Assembly: GCA_016934395.1 (NCBI GenBank)
Contig: JAFGSZ010000080.1
Coordinates: 33,692 to 97,691, forward strand
Reading direction: 5' to 3'
DNA length: 64,000 bases
From: Bacteroidales bacterium
GTDB lineage: Bacteria > Bacteroidota > Bacteroidia > Bacteroidales > UBA10428
Shown here: one piece after another, positions 52,997-61,885 of the stretch
How positions within the stretch are numbered: the stretch's first letter is position 1
Layout of the letters: the number at the start of each line of letters is the position of its first letter
Position numbers and translations under genes: made by a program
The notes under the pieces: generated by a model
Databases searched by the model: none
The model's input: the letters and a program-made list of their open reading frames with translations, nothing else
What the model was told of the DNA's origin: nothing

Positions 52997-54643
52997 ATGC
53001 GTAAACTTATTTCTTTTATTAGTGCACTAATTGTGCTTACTTTCTTTTATGGTTGCACCAAAGATGTTCAGGACCAAGTAGATCAACTTCAGCAAGATGT
53101 TAATTTAACCATTGTTGATGTGTACTTTGTGGGTGAAGACCTCATTATTGAGTATAGTAACGGCGAGACTGCTACTGTTACTTTACCCGAATCAATTACA
53201 CAAACCGCTGTAAGTGCTCTTAATTTCGATCAGGCAACCGGATTACTCACACTTACTTTTAGTGATGGCAATACTTCTACCTACGAAATCATTAACCACG
53301 ATCAGGAATTATTACTTGCCCAGGATGTGAATGGCAAATATTACCTCCAGGAAATTGCCCTGGGCGATGTGTCATTAGCGGATTTCACCTATGACACCGA
53401 AAAAAGACTTACCGAAATAGCTGTTCGTTTTCTATTTAATAATGAAGTGGCAGATATTTTAAAAGTAGTAAATACATATTCCGGCGATCAAAACACAGGA
53501 TATACCATGTATCTGTATGCATTCCAGCAAGAAGCCAATACTTCTCAAACCTATGTTTATTATAGTAATAGTGTTAATTTTGACCATCAGTTGACTTCAG
53601 AAGAACAATTAGTAGATAATGGTGATGGTACCTTTACCTATTATAGCTACAGTTATTCTTCAGGATCATATTACTATTATTATTCATATTCCCCATGTGT
53701 CTGGGTTCCTGTTGATGATCTCAATGAATGTGGTGATGCAGATCAGGACTATTATTATCCAATAAGTGGAAACGAATTCTATAGAATTTATCCGTACAAC
53801 TCAAGATGGCAATATAAAGATATTGACGGAATATATTCTGCACTCGTTCAGGCTAATTATATGGTTACCGTTAATAGTGTGGTAGAAAAAGGCAATATTT
53901 ATGATACAATAAAGGTTGATGTTAATTATAATAGTGCCGGACTTGCTGAAAAAATTTATACCTATACCGACGAAAATGATGTTCCATTAGAGTATATTCT
54001 TAATACCTATGATGCCAACAACCTTCTGGTTAAAAACGAATATTATGTGTGGAATGATATCACCGAAGTATGGGAAAAAATGGATGAGTATATTTCACAT
54101 ACCTATAATTCCGAAAATTTGATCGAATCATCTACTTGGCATTATCTTAACAGTGAGGATGCAGAAGAAACTCGTCAGGTTTATGGTGTAACTTATGATG
54201 ATCAGAATAATCCTGTATTAGTTTCTGCGTTTATGGATGAAGATATTGAATGGCAGTTTGTAGAAGGCACAGGCGGAGAATATACCTACGAACCTGTAGT
54301 TGTAAGACCAGCCGGATTAGTAGATGTATTAAAAGTAGAATACAATTATAACATGAAGAATTTCTGGGGTAATACCTGGAATAGTATAATACCTGAACTT
54401 AAGGGTTTACAAATGAACAATGCACCCAAGAAAATTCTTTATGCCGATCATTTCTCATATGCTAATATGGAATACAGCGACTTTAATGAAGGCGGTTACC
54501 CGCAAACATTGACCGCTGCAGCAAAAATCCTTGAAGACGATTTCTTCTTTGGACCTTCAATGAGAGCAAGTGGTCCCTCAATTTATGTTGGTGGAGATGT
54601 AAACATTGAATTAACACTTGATTATTTAAAACTTGATGAATAA
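52997..54643 (+). CDS. Acidic lipoprotein with coiled-coil/beta-hairpin N-terminus, YD-like beta repeats and a Tyr/Ser-rich insert
   Basis: Lipobox FYGC at residue 20; QDQVDQLQQD; IEYSNG and LTFSDG hairpins; FTYDTEKRL, NTYDANNLL, HTYNSENLI, VTYDDQNNP repeats. Confidence 0.8.
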   Translation: MRKLISFISALIVLTFFYGCTKDVQDQVDQLQQDVNLTIVDVYFVGEDLIIEYSNGETATVTLPESITQTAVSALNFDQATGLLTLTFSDGNTSTYEIINHDQELLLAQDVNGKYYLQEIALGDVSLADFTYDTEKRLTEIAVRFLFNNEVADILKVVNTYSGDQNTGYTMYLYAFQQEANTSQTYVYYSNSVNFDHQLTSEEQLVDNGDGTFTYYSYSYSSGSYYYYYSYSPCVWVPVDDLNECGDADQDYYYPISGNEFYRIYPYNSRWQYKDIDGIYSALVQANYMVTVNSVVEKGNIYDTIKVDVNYNSAGLAEKIYTYTDENDVPLEYILNTYDANNLLVKNEYYVWNDITEVWEKMDEYISHTYNSENLIESSTWHYLNSEDAEETRQVYGVTYDDQNNPVLVSAFMDEDIEWQFVEGTGGEYTYEPVVVRPAGLVDVLKVEYNYNMKNFWGNTWNSIIPELKGLQMNNAPKKILYADHFSYANMEYSDFNEGGYPQTLTAAAKILEDDFFFGPSMRASGPSIYVGGDVNIELTLDYLKLDE

Positions 54644-54647
54644 TCTC

Positions 54648-54675
54648 AAAACCCGTTGGTAAAACAGCGGGTTTT
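54648..54675 (+). terminator. Intrinsic terminator after the lipoprotein gene
   Basis: AAAACCCGTTG-gtaaaa-CAGCGGGTTTT, 4 nt after the stop codon. Confidence 0.75.
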
Positions 54676-54706
54676 CTATTTTTATATTACCAAATTACAA
54701 GTATTC

Positions 54707-54741
54707 AAATACAGGGCTACATTAAAATGTACCCTGTATTT
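54707..54741. repeat. Second long hairpin / inverted repeat
   Basis: AAATACAGGG-c-TACATT-aa-AATGTA-CCCTGTATTT (16 bp with one bulge). Confidence 0.65.
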
Positions 54742-54809
54742 TTATGAAAAAAACCAGGTATTCAATTTTCAGAGTTATCCCCAAGCAGGTTTTTTTATAT
54801 ATTCGAAGC

Positions 54810-57077
54810 ATGCGCTGTTTGTTCAAATTTATCCTCCTTTTCTGCATTTTTTCCCTTTGTTCTTTGAACGGAATAATGGGTAACCCGATAAAAGGAAAGT
54901 TGCTTGATTCCGATACGCGCAGACCCGTTGGAAATGCTTTAATAATTCTAAAAACAACGAATACACATACTATTTCCGATTCCTCAGGTATTTTCTCACT
55001 TAACATTAACACATTTCCTGCAATACTGGAAATTTCGCATGTGTCGTATGAATTTGCAGAATATCCCCTTAATCAGTATACCAGTAATGAAATCACCATT
55101 CTTTTAATCCCAAAAACAGAACAGCTGGAATCTCTTGTTTTTGTGCATAAAAATAAAAAAGAAGAGGAACTGGCATTAAAAAAAATAAATTGGGGAAAGG
55201 CAAAAATATCAAAACTTACATCAGGATTTGGCGAACCGGATATAATAAGGAGCCTGCAGGTTTTACCGGGAATTCAGAAAAGCAGTGAAATAAATGCTTC
55301 ATTAAATGTTAGGGGAAGCGGGCATGGAAATAACAGGATAAGCCTGGATGGCCTGCCTATTTATAATAGTTATCATTTATTAGGCATTGCACCCATGTTT
55401 AACGCAGAGGTAATTAATAAGGTAGATCTCTATAAAAGCGGATTCCCCGCAAGTAAAGGCGGATACCTGGCCTCCTATCTTGATATTGAATCCCGGGCTC
55501 CATCAATGGAAGATAAAAAGCTGATATTTGGTATTGGAAATCTGTCGTCTAAAATATTATTCGAAGGTCCTGTGGTAAAAGATAAAATTGGGATTCTTTT
55601 TTCTGCACGATATGCATTTTTCGATATGATATCGAATATATATGAGGAATTACATCAGGATAGAGAAGATTTTATTTCCCTGCCCGATTATCAGTTTTAT
55701 GATATTAACCTGGTTTCTGATATTTCCCTTCCAAAATATTTTAAGCTCCGGGTATCGTTCTTTCACAATACTGATAATTTTGCGTATGCACCATCGGCCC
55801 TGAAATTAGAAAGTAAATGGGCTAATGACCTTTTATCCCTGTCTTTATCCCGTTCAATTAATAAAAATACCTTTATCCGTTTTACTTCAGGTCTGTCATT
55901 TTATTCTTTTAACGGTAAATATAATCCCTCCTGGATCATCAAACGAACCAATAATATTACAAGTTTTGAAAACCAATTGTTTTTAAGCTACAAACCTTCC
56001 GGAAACTGGAGCATAGAAACCGGCACTTTTCTGCAGCATAATAACTACTACCTGAATAATAAAGAAATGTATCCTTCTTCTATTATTCGGGAAGCCACAT
56101 TTACACCAGTTTCATTGCTTTGGGGATTTTATGCTGAAAGTAACTTTCGCTTTACAAAACAGCTTTCATTTATTGCTGGGAACAGATTTAATTTTTATTC
56201 CTTTGACCAGACAATCTTTTGTCCTTCACCGCGAATACAATTTAACTATTCCGGCAATTCAGTCGGTATAAATATGAGTTACGATGAAACCTGGCAATTT
56301 AATCATTTAATTGCTCCTTTAGGATTCAATATTCCGGCTGATTTATGGATACCTGCCGATAAAAATATACCTCCTCAAAAAGCTCGTCAGATAGCCCTTC
56401 ATTTTAATCATCACCACTCCAATTTTAAAACCGGAGCAGGTATTTTCTATAAACAATTTAAGAACCTTAGTGAACTTAAAAACGGAGCCGAACTGGTGGA
56501 ACTTGAACCGGCAGAGGAATTAACATTTGGAACAGGTTTTGCCTATGGATTTGAAACATCCGGCACTTATAAAAACAAACTCCTTGAAATTGAGCTGAAT
56601 TATACCTATTCCAATTCAAAACGGAAATTTAGTGAAATCAATAACGGCCAGGTATTCTCGCCTTCGTACGATATCCCTCATAAATTTGATGCCGTTTTTT
56701 CCATAGATATTACCAAAAACATTACCACCAATATCACCTGGTTTTGGGCCAGTGGTTCAATAACAACTATGCCAACCGGATTTATTTTTATCCCGCATAG
56801 TGCAAATTCTAATCCATATCCACTGTATTCCGAAAGAAATAACTTTCGTATGCCGGCAACTCACAGGCTTGATATAGCCACGGTTTTCTCAAAAAATCAT
56901 AGCTGGGGAAATTCACAACTTGCTATTGGGATATACAATGCCTATAACCAAACCAATCCCTATTTTCTGTTTTTTATTTTAAGAACAGACGAACATGACG
57001 AGGTTTCTGTAATACCTCAGCAACTGGGAATTTTTCCCTGTACGCCCTTCATTAATTTTAAAGTTGAATTAAAATGA
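54810..57077 (+). CDS. TonB-dependent receptor (carboxypeptidase-regulatory-like N-domain, plug, beta-barrel)
   Basis: Signal peptide from ATG 54810 (MRCLFKFILLFCIF); IKGKLLDSDT..PV; plug GEPDIIRSLQVLPGI..LNVRG..LDGLPIYNSYHLLG; barrel strands; HRLD, YNAYN. Confidence 0.9.
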   Translation: MRCLFKFILLFCIFSLCSLNGIMGNPIKGKLLDSDTRRPVGNALIILKTTNTHTISDSSGIFSLNINTFPAILEISHVSYEFAEYPLNQYTSNEITILLIPKTEQLESLVFVHKNKKEEELALKKINWGKAKISKLTSGFGEPDIIRSLQVLPGIQKSSEINASLNVRGSGHGNNRISLDGLPIYNSYHLLGIAPMFNAEVINKVDLYKSGFPASKGGYLASYLDIESRAPSMEDKKLIFGIGNLSSKILFEGPVVKDKIGILFSARYAFFDMISNIYEELHQDREDFISLPDYQFYDINLVSDISLPKYFKLRVSFFHNTDNFAYAPSALKLESKWANDLLSLSLSRSINKNTFIRFTSGLSFYSFNGKYNPSWIIKRTNNITSFENQLFLSYKPSGNWSIETGTFLQHNNYYLNNKEMYPSSIIREATFTPVSLLWGFYAESNFRFTKQLSFIAGNRFNFYSFDQTIFCPSPRIQFNYSGNSVGINMSYDETWQFNHLIAPLGFNIPADLWIPADKNIPPQKARQIALHFNHHHSNFKTGAGIFYKQFKNLSELKNGAELVELEPAEELTFGTGFAYGFETSGTYKNKLLEIELNYTYSNSKRKFSEINNGQVFSPSYDIPHKFDAVFSIDITKNITTNITWFWASGSITTMPTGFIFIPHSANSNPYPLYSERNNFRMPATHRLDIATVFSKNHSWGNSQLAIGIYNAYNQTNPYFLFFILRTDEHDEVSVIPQQLGIFPCTPFINFKVELK

Positions 57078-57862
57078 ACCTCCGTTGTTTTACCTATATA
57101 ATCCTGCTGTTGACATTATTTGCCTGCGAACTTGAAAGGGACCTTGACATTCCGTTACCTACGGGAGAAAAATATTATACCCTGGAAGCCTACCTTGTGC
57201 ATAATGAACCTTATCAGACACTTCTTTTCAGAAGTAATACAATGCAAGGTCCGGTGGTATTTGACCTGGTTTGGAATGCTTCTGTTAAAATTATTAATAA
57301 CACCGATACCATAAGACTTTCAAATATTATCCAAACTGATAATACCAATAATTATATATACAATTATTATAATGATAAACTTGTTGACCGGAATACTGCC
57401 GGGTATGAACTGTCAATAATAACTAAAACCTCCGATACCCTAAGTGCATTCTCTTTGTCTGTTCCCGAAGTAGAAATTGATTCTTTCAGGGTAATGAATA
57501 ATTTATTAAGCGTTTTTACAAACAATACCAATTTGCCGGGGAGCAATTATTACATGATAAGGTATTATACTTATCCCCTGGGGGAAAATGTGCATCAACA
57601 AAAAGTTTTTGATTATTCTGAAAAACCGGAAGGATTAGTTCAAATTGATTTCCCCTTATCATCTGATTCGATTGATTCCCTATACGTTAACCTGTATCGC
57701 ATAAATCAAACTGCATTCAATTACCATATTTCGATTGAAAAAGCATATGCCGCTAACCATGATCCCTTTACGATTCCCGGGCCCATACAGGGAAATATTA
57801 AAAATGGTTTTGGTATATTCACATGTTGCAGCCTTGATACCTGTATGATTTATTTGCCCTGA
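57074..57862 (+). CDS. DUF4249-like lipoprotein
   Basis: Lipobox LFAC; C-terminal PIQGNIKNGFGIF signature; start overlaps the receptor stop (ATGA). Confidence 0.8.
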   Translation: MNLRCFTYIILLLTLFACELERDLDIPLPTGEKYYTLEAYLVHNEPYQTLLFRSNTMQGPVVFDLVWNASVKIINNTDTIRLSNIIQTDNTNNYIYNYYNDKLVDRNTAGYELSIITKTSDTLSAFSLSVPEVEIDSFRVMNNLLSVFTNNTNLPGSNYYMIRYYTYPLGENVHQQKVFDYSEKPEGLVQIDFPLSSDSIDSLYVNLYRINQTAFNYHISIEKAYAANHDPFTIPGPIQGNIKNGFGIFTCCSLDTCMIYLP

Positions 57863-57882
57863 CAAGAACGAATTCTGTCTAT

Positions 57883-59202
57883 CTATTCATATACTTTTTG
57901 ATAAAACTCTGTTGGAAAATCCGCATGTAAGCGAATGGTATCTGAAAAGCCCAGGTCTTTTGATTGCTGAAGTAACTTCAGACTTTCTTCGGTTTTATTA
58001 TTTTGAAAAGCAATTACTGCTTTGAAATAAAACACATAGGGATTAATTGGCTCCGCTAATTCATAAATATCCAGCAATTTTGATACTTGTTCATTTGGGG
58101 CATTGCCTATCATGTAATTAATTACTGAAAAAAACATAATCCCTAAAAGACTCCTTGTTCGTGCATAAGAATCAGCCGTTAAAAGATTATCAGGCGATTG
58201 AATCTTCTGGTCGATTTTTATCAATTCATTTTTCCACCAAATTTTGTCTTTAGTATCAAGGGCCTGCACTAATAAGTTTTGCCTGTCAATTTCTGCCTTT
58301 AACCCTGCTTCCAGATCCACAAAATATAACTGACATTTTTCAGTGGAAAGTAATTCGGACAATTTTTGCTGAATTACAGAGCGATCCTGGTTTTTTAATT
58401 TCAGCGCCTTTTCAATCTCTTTTAAGGCAAATAAATATTCACCGGCATTAATTAGGCTGTCGGTAAGCTGTATAATTGCTGTTGAAGATTTTTCTTTTTC
58501 AGCCTTAATAGTGCCCGTTTTTAAAAGAATAAAATTAACAGCATCTGTCAATAAAGCCGGATCTGGCCACATATGTTTCCCTGAAAAAACTATAGTAAGA
58601 ATTTTGTTATTTTTAAAAACTGCTGATTGTGGCGGATAATAATGTTCGAAAAAATTAAAATCTTTTGTTCCCGTAAGGGTTACAAGAGGGAAAGGCACAT
58701 TTATCAGTTGCATGTTTCCCGGCCCGGCGCCGGCCATTATCACCCCGTCCCCGGAATGTCTGTGACAATAAATCAAAGCCAAACGTGCCCCGCCTGAAAA
58801 TCCGGCGTAAATTATTTTATTGTCCGTAAGTTCAAATTGCCTTTTCACGTCCGATAATACGGCCTCAATTCTTTTTTCAGAGTCCGATTGGTTGTTCCAC
58901 ACATTGTCCAAACCAATTATCAGGCATGAATATTTTGTAGCAGCCGGTAAAAACTTTGTCACCGCCAACTCGCCATTTCCACCCGGATCAAGCGCAATAA
59001 TTACCGGTGTATTTTTATTTTTGCCTTCAGGTGCTATTTGTACATAATGATACGCAACAGGAACTCCGGCAGGGCTTTCTGTTTGTCTGAATTTAATTAG
59101 TTCAGTACCATTATAAGAAGGTGAAACACATGAATACAGCGATCTAAATGAAACAAGAACAAAAATTATCAGAAAAACATATAGTTTAAATATCCTATTC
59201 AT
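57883..59202 (-). CDS. Exported alpha/beta-hydrolase with C-terminal TPR-like helical domain
   Basis: Signal peptide; nucleophile elbow AGFSGGA, GTKDFN, GKHMWP; helical C-terminus (YFKAVIAF..SLKLLQQSKDLGF). Confidence 0.75.
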   Translation of the reverse strand: MNRIFKLYVFLIIFVLVSFRSLYSCVSPSYNGTELIKFRQTESPAGVPVAYHYVQIAPEGKNKNTPVIIALDPGGNGELAVTKFLPAATKYSCLIIGLDNVWNNQSDSEKRIEAVLSDVKRQFELTDNKIIYAGFSGGARLALIYCHRHSGDGVIMAGAGPGNMQLINVPFPLVTLTGTKDFNFFEHYYPPQSAVFKNNKILTIVFSGKHMWPDPALLTDAVNFILLKTGTIKAEKEKSSTAIIQLTDSLINAGEYLFALKEIEKALKLKNQDRSVIQQKLSELLSTEKCQLYFVDLEAGLKAEIDRQNLLVQALDTKDKIWWKNELIKIDQKIQSPDNLLTADSYARTRSLLGIMFFSVINYMIGNAPNEQVSKLLDIYELAEPINPYVFYFKAVIAFQNNKTEESLKLLQQSKDLGFSDTIRLHADFPTEFYQKVYE

Positions 59203-59367
59203 GGTATTAAGGTATTAAAAAGACAAGTTATGGAATTTCGGTTGCAAAATATCTTGTATTTTTTATTTAATTTCCTCTGCTTTCTTTTAATTCCTGAATA
59301 AGGAATGAAATTTTGATAATTATTTTTTTTACTTTGTAAAAAGTTGTAAAACAAAAACTGAACTATT

Positions 59368-60216
59368 ATGAGTGCTTCTTCACGCAGAAAATTCATTAAA
59401 GTTACCAGTCTGGGAGTGGCTTCCGCAACATTTGGCAGTCTGACTCTAAAATCGGAACAAAAACCCATAAATACTAAAAAAATAAAACCCGGTTTTGAAC
59501 TTGGTATTGCTTCCTACACTTTCAGAAAATTCACTCTGAACGAAACCCTGGTTATGACTAACCGGCTAAACATCAAGAATCTGTCGTTAAAAAGCATGCA
59601 CCTGCCTTACGAAAGTTCCGCAGCCGAAATAACAGCTGCAATTAACAGTATTCAAGAAGCCGGGATTAATCTTTATGGAGGAGGTGTAATTTATATGAAT
59701 ACCGAAGATGAATTAAACAAGGGATTCGAATATGCCAAAACTGCAGGAATGTCCATGATTATTGGAGTTCCTGCTCATGAACTTCTGGAAAAAGCTGAAA
59801 AAAAAGTTAAAGAATACAATATAAAACTTGCCATTCATAATCACGGGCCTGGCGATAAATTATATCCAACAGCCGAAAGCGTGTATGAAAAAGTTAAGAA
59901 TATGGACAACCGTATGGGCATGTGCCTGGATATTGGCCATGAGGAACGATTGGGCTTAGATCCTGCTTTGGCGCTTGAAAAATTCGTTGACCGGATTTTT
60001 GACATCCACATTAAAGATGTTACCGCTTCAACACCTGAAGGAACCAATATAGAAATAGGGAGAGGTGTGATAAATATTCCTGCATTTCTTAAAATGGTCA
60101 AAAAGCTCGGATATTCAGGAAAAGTAGCCTTTGAGTTTGAGAAGGATGAAAATGATCCTTTGCCCGGATTGGCAGAGTCCGTGGGTTATGTTAGAGGAAT
60201 TTTAGATTTGATCTGA
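59368..60216 (+). CDS. Tat-exported sugar-phosphate isomerase/epimerase-family TIM-barrel protein
   Basis: Tat motif SRRKFIK; AIHNHG, CLDIGH, IHIKD, FEFE metal-ligand motifs. Confidence 0.9.
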   Translation: MSASSRRKFIKVTSLGVASATFGSLTLKSEQKPINTKKIKPGFELGIASYTFRKFTLNETLVMTNRLNIKNLSLKSMHLPYESSAAEITAAINSIQEAGINLYGGGVIYMNTEDELNKGFEYAKTAGMSMIIGVPAHELLEKAEKKVKEYNIKLAIHNHGPGDKLYPTAESVYEKVKNMDNRMGMCLDIGHEERLGLDPALALEKFVDRIFDIHIKDVTASTPEGTNIEIGRGVINIPAFLKMVKKLGYSGKVAFEFEKDENDPLPGLAESVGYVRGILDLI

Positions 60217-60244
60217 TGATCGCAGGGTAAAATAAAAATCATTC

Positions 60245-60252
60245 TATCTTTG
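60245..60252 (+). promoter_or_regulatory. -7 promoter element (TATCTTTG)
   Basis: Matches TAnnTTTG, about 177 nt upstream of the aldo/keto reductase ATG. Confidence 0.45.
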
Positions 60253-60383
60253 TTGAAATTTTTATTGAAGGTATATTTTAAAAACATGATCGTTGCTAAA
60301 AACCGGCTAATGTTTTTCTAAAATGTATCCTCAGGATTAAAATAATCTGTATGCTATTTCAGTAAGAATTTTAATAATTCTGT

Positions 60384-60412
60384 TCCCGCGGATAACAGCG
60401 GGATATTTTTTT
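60384..60412 (+). terminator. Terminator-like hairpin upstream of the aldo/keto reductase
   Basis: TCCCGC-ggataaca-GCGGGA followed by TATTTTTTT. Confidence 0.55.
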
Positions 60413-60429
60413 ATTACAATATCAAAAAA

Positions 60430-61614
60430 ATGCAGCAAAAAATTTTAAATTTTAATCCATCCATGGAGTACAGGCGATTTGGTAAAACCGAAGAAAAAAT
60501 AAGTGTAATTACTTTAGGGGGTATGCGCTTTAAACATGGATGGGATAAACCCAGGGATGAAATTCCTTCTGATACTATTGCGCAATGCCGGAATACGGTT
60601 GAGCTTTCGTTTAAGCATGGGATTAATCATATAGAAACAGCATATGGTTATACAAAAAGTGAACATACTTATGGCATCGTGCTAAATGATGAATTGCAGC
60701 TTAAAAGGAACAGTTATTATTTAATGACAAAAGGAGATCCCGAAACTGCGGATGAAACCAGAAAATTAATTGAAGAACAATTAGCTGCATTAAAAACCGA
60801 TTATTTTGATTTTTACGGCTGGCATGGCATAAATAATTCAGACAGGTTTTCCGTAGCCTGCAAGAAAAACGGGCCAGTAGAAGAACTGCTTAAATTGAAG
60901 GAAGAAGGCATTATTAAGCATGTTGGATTCAGCACCCATGCCCCGCTTAATATAATTCTGGATTCGATACAAACCGGGCTTTTTGATTTTGTTAACCTGC
61001 ATTACTATTATTTTTTTCAGCGAAATTACGGAGCTATAGCTTTGGCTGCATCAAAAGATATGGGAGTATTTATTATATCTCCCAACGACAAAGGCGGGCA
61101 ATTATTTAATCCCCCTGATAAACTTCGTAAAATTACTTCACCGGCAACACCCATTCAGTGGAATGCCCGGTTTTGCCTTTCAAATCCTGCCATACATACA
61201 CTGTCTTTTGGAGTTACGGAACCTTCGCATATTGATGAAATGACAGGAGTTTTTCCCACCTCAATCCCGCTAGATGCCAACGATCGTAAAACGCTCAAAC
61301 AATTAAACAACCAGGTATTTGCCGATCCTTATGCACTCTATGAAGGATACGATCTGGAAAATGATCCTTCAGGTATGAATATCCCCGAATTTCTAAGGCT
61401 ACGTAAATTATGGAAATGTTATGAAATGATCGATTTCTGTAGATACCGGTATAACGATTTTAATCCCTATGATCACTGGATTAGAAGTGAACTGGCAACC
61501 GAAGAAAATTTAAAAAAAATAAACGTTCAAAAAGTGCCCGATAATATACCTTTAAAAGAAATGCTCACCGAGTGTCATCAGGCATTTTATAAACCTGAAA
61601 TTAAGCATATTTAA
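60430..61614 (+). CDS. Aldo/keto reductase family protein
   Basis: YRRFGKT..ISVITLGGMR, GINHIETAYGY..SE, LKTDYFD, IKHVGFSTH. Confidence 0.9.
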   Translation: MQQKILNFNPSMEYRRFGKTEEKISVITLGGMRFKHGWDKPRDEIPSDTIAQCRNTVELSFKHGINHIETAYGYTKSEHTYGIVLNDELQLKRNSYYLMTKGDPETADETRKLIEEQLAALKTDYFDFYGWHGINNSDRFSVACKKNGPVEELLKLKEEGIIKHVGFSTHAPLNIILDSIQTGLFDFVNLHYYYFFQRNYGAIALAASKDMGVFIISPNDKGGQLFNPPDKLRKITSPATPIQWNARFCLSNPAIHTLSFGVTEPSHIDEMTGVFPTSIPLDANDRKTLKQLNNQVFADPYALYEGYDLENDPSGMNIPEFLRLRKLWKCYEMIDFCRYRYNDFNPYDHWIRSELATEENLKKINVQKVPDNIPLKEMLTECHQAFYKPEIKHI

Positions 61615-61885
61615 ACTCCGTTTTTTCTAATACAATAAAAATTCACAATTCATTGTATTGAATCTATTTTAAAGTCATATGACCCGTTGATTACGATAAC
61701 TATAACTTTTATGGGTATTTCCCGTATCATTTCACCCGTGAAGTTGATTATTCCCGGTAAAAACCAAAGATTATCAACAATAGTTGTTATTTAATTTTAT
61801 TTGAACATTTCGAGGAAATTAGTAACTTTTGTCTAATTTTTGGGAATTGTTATTTTAACTATGGTTTCTCACATAAATTTAAGGT

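Noticed and set aside
52997-54643. Diversity-generating retroelement or RHS toxin
   Set aside because: No reverse transcriptase or template repeat in the window. The YD-like repeats are few, with no RHS core signature (DPxG) or toxin/immunity pair.
54656-54883. 75-aa ORF, and the 54744 start for the TonB-dependent receptor
   Set aside because: The small ORF runs through two hairpins and overlaps the receptor. The ATG at 54810 gives a proper signal peptide, so it was preferred.
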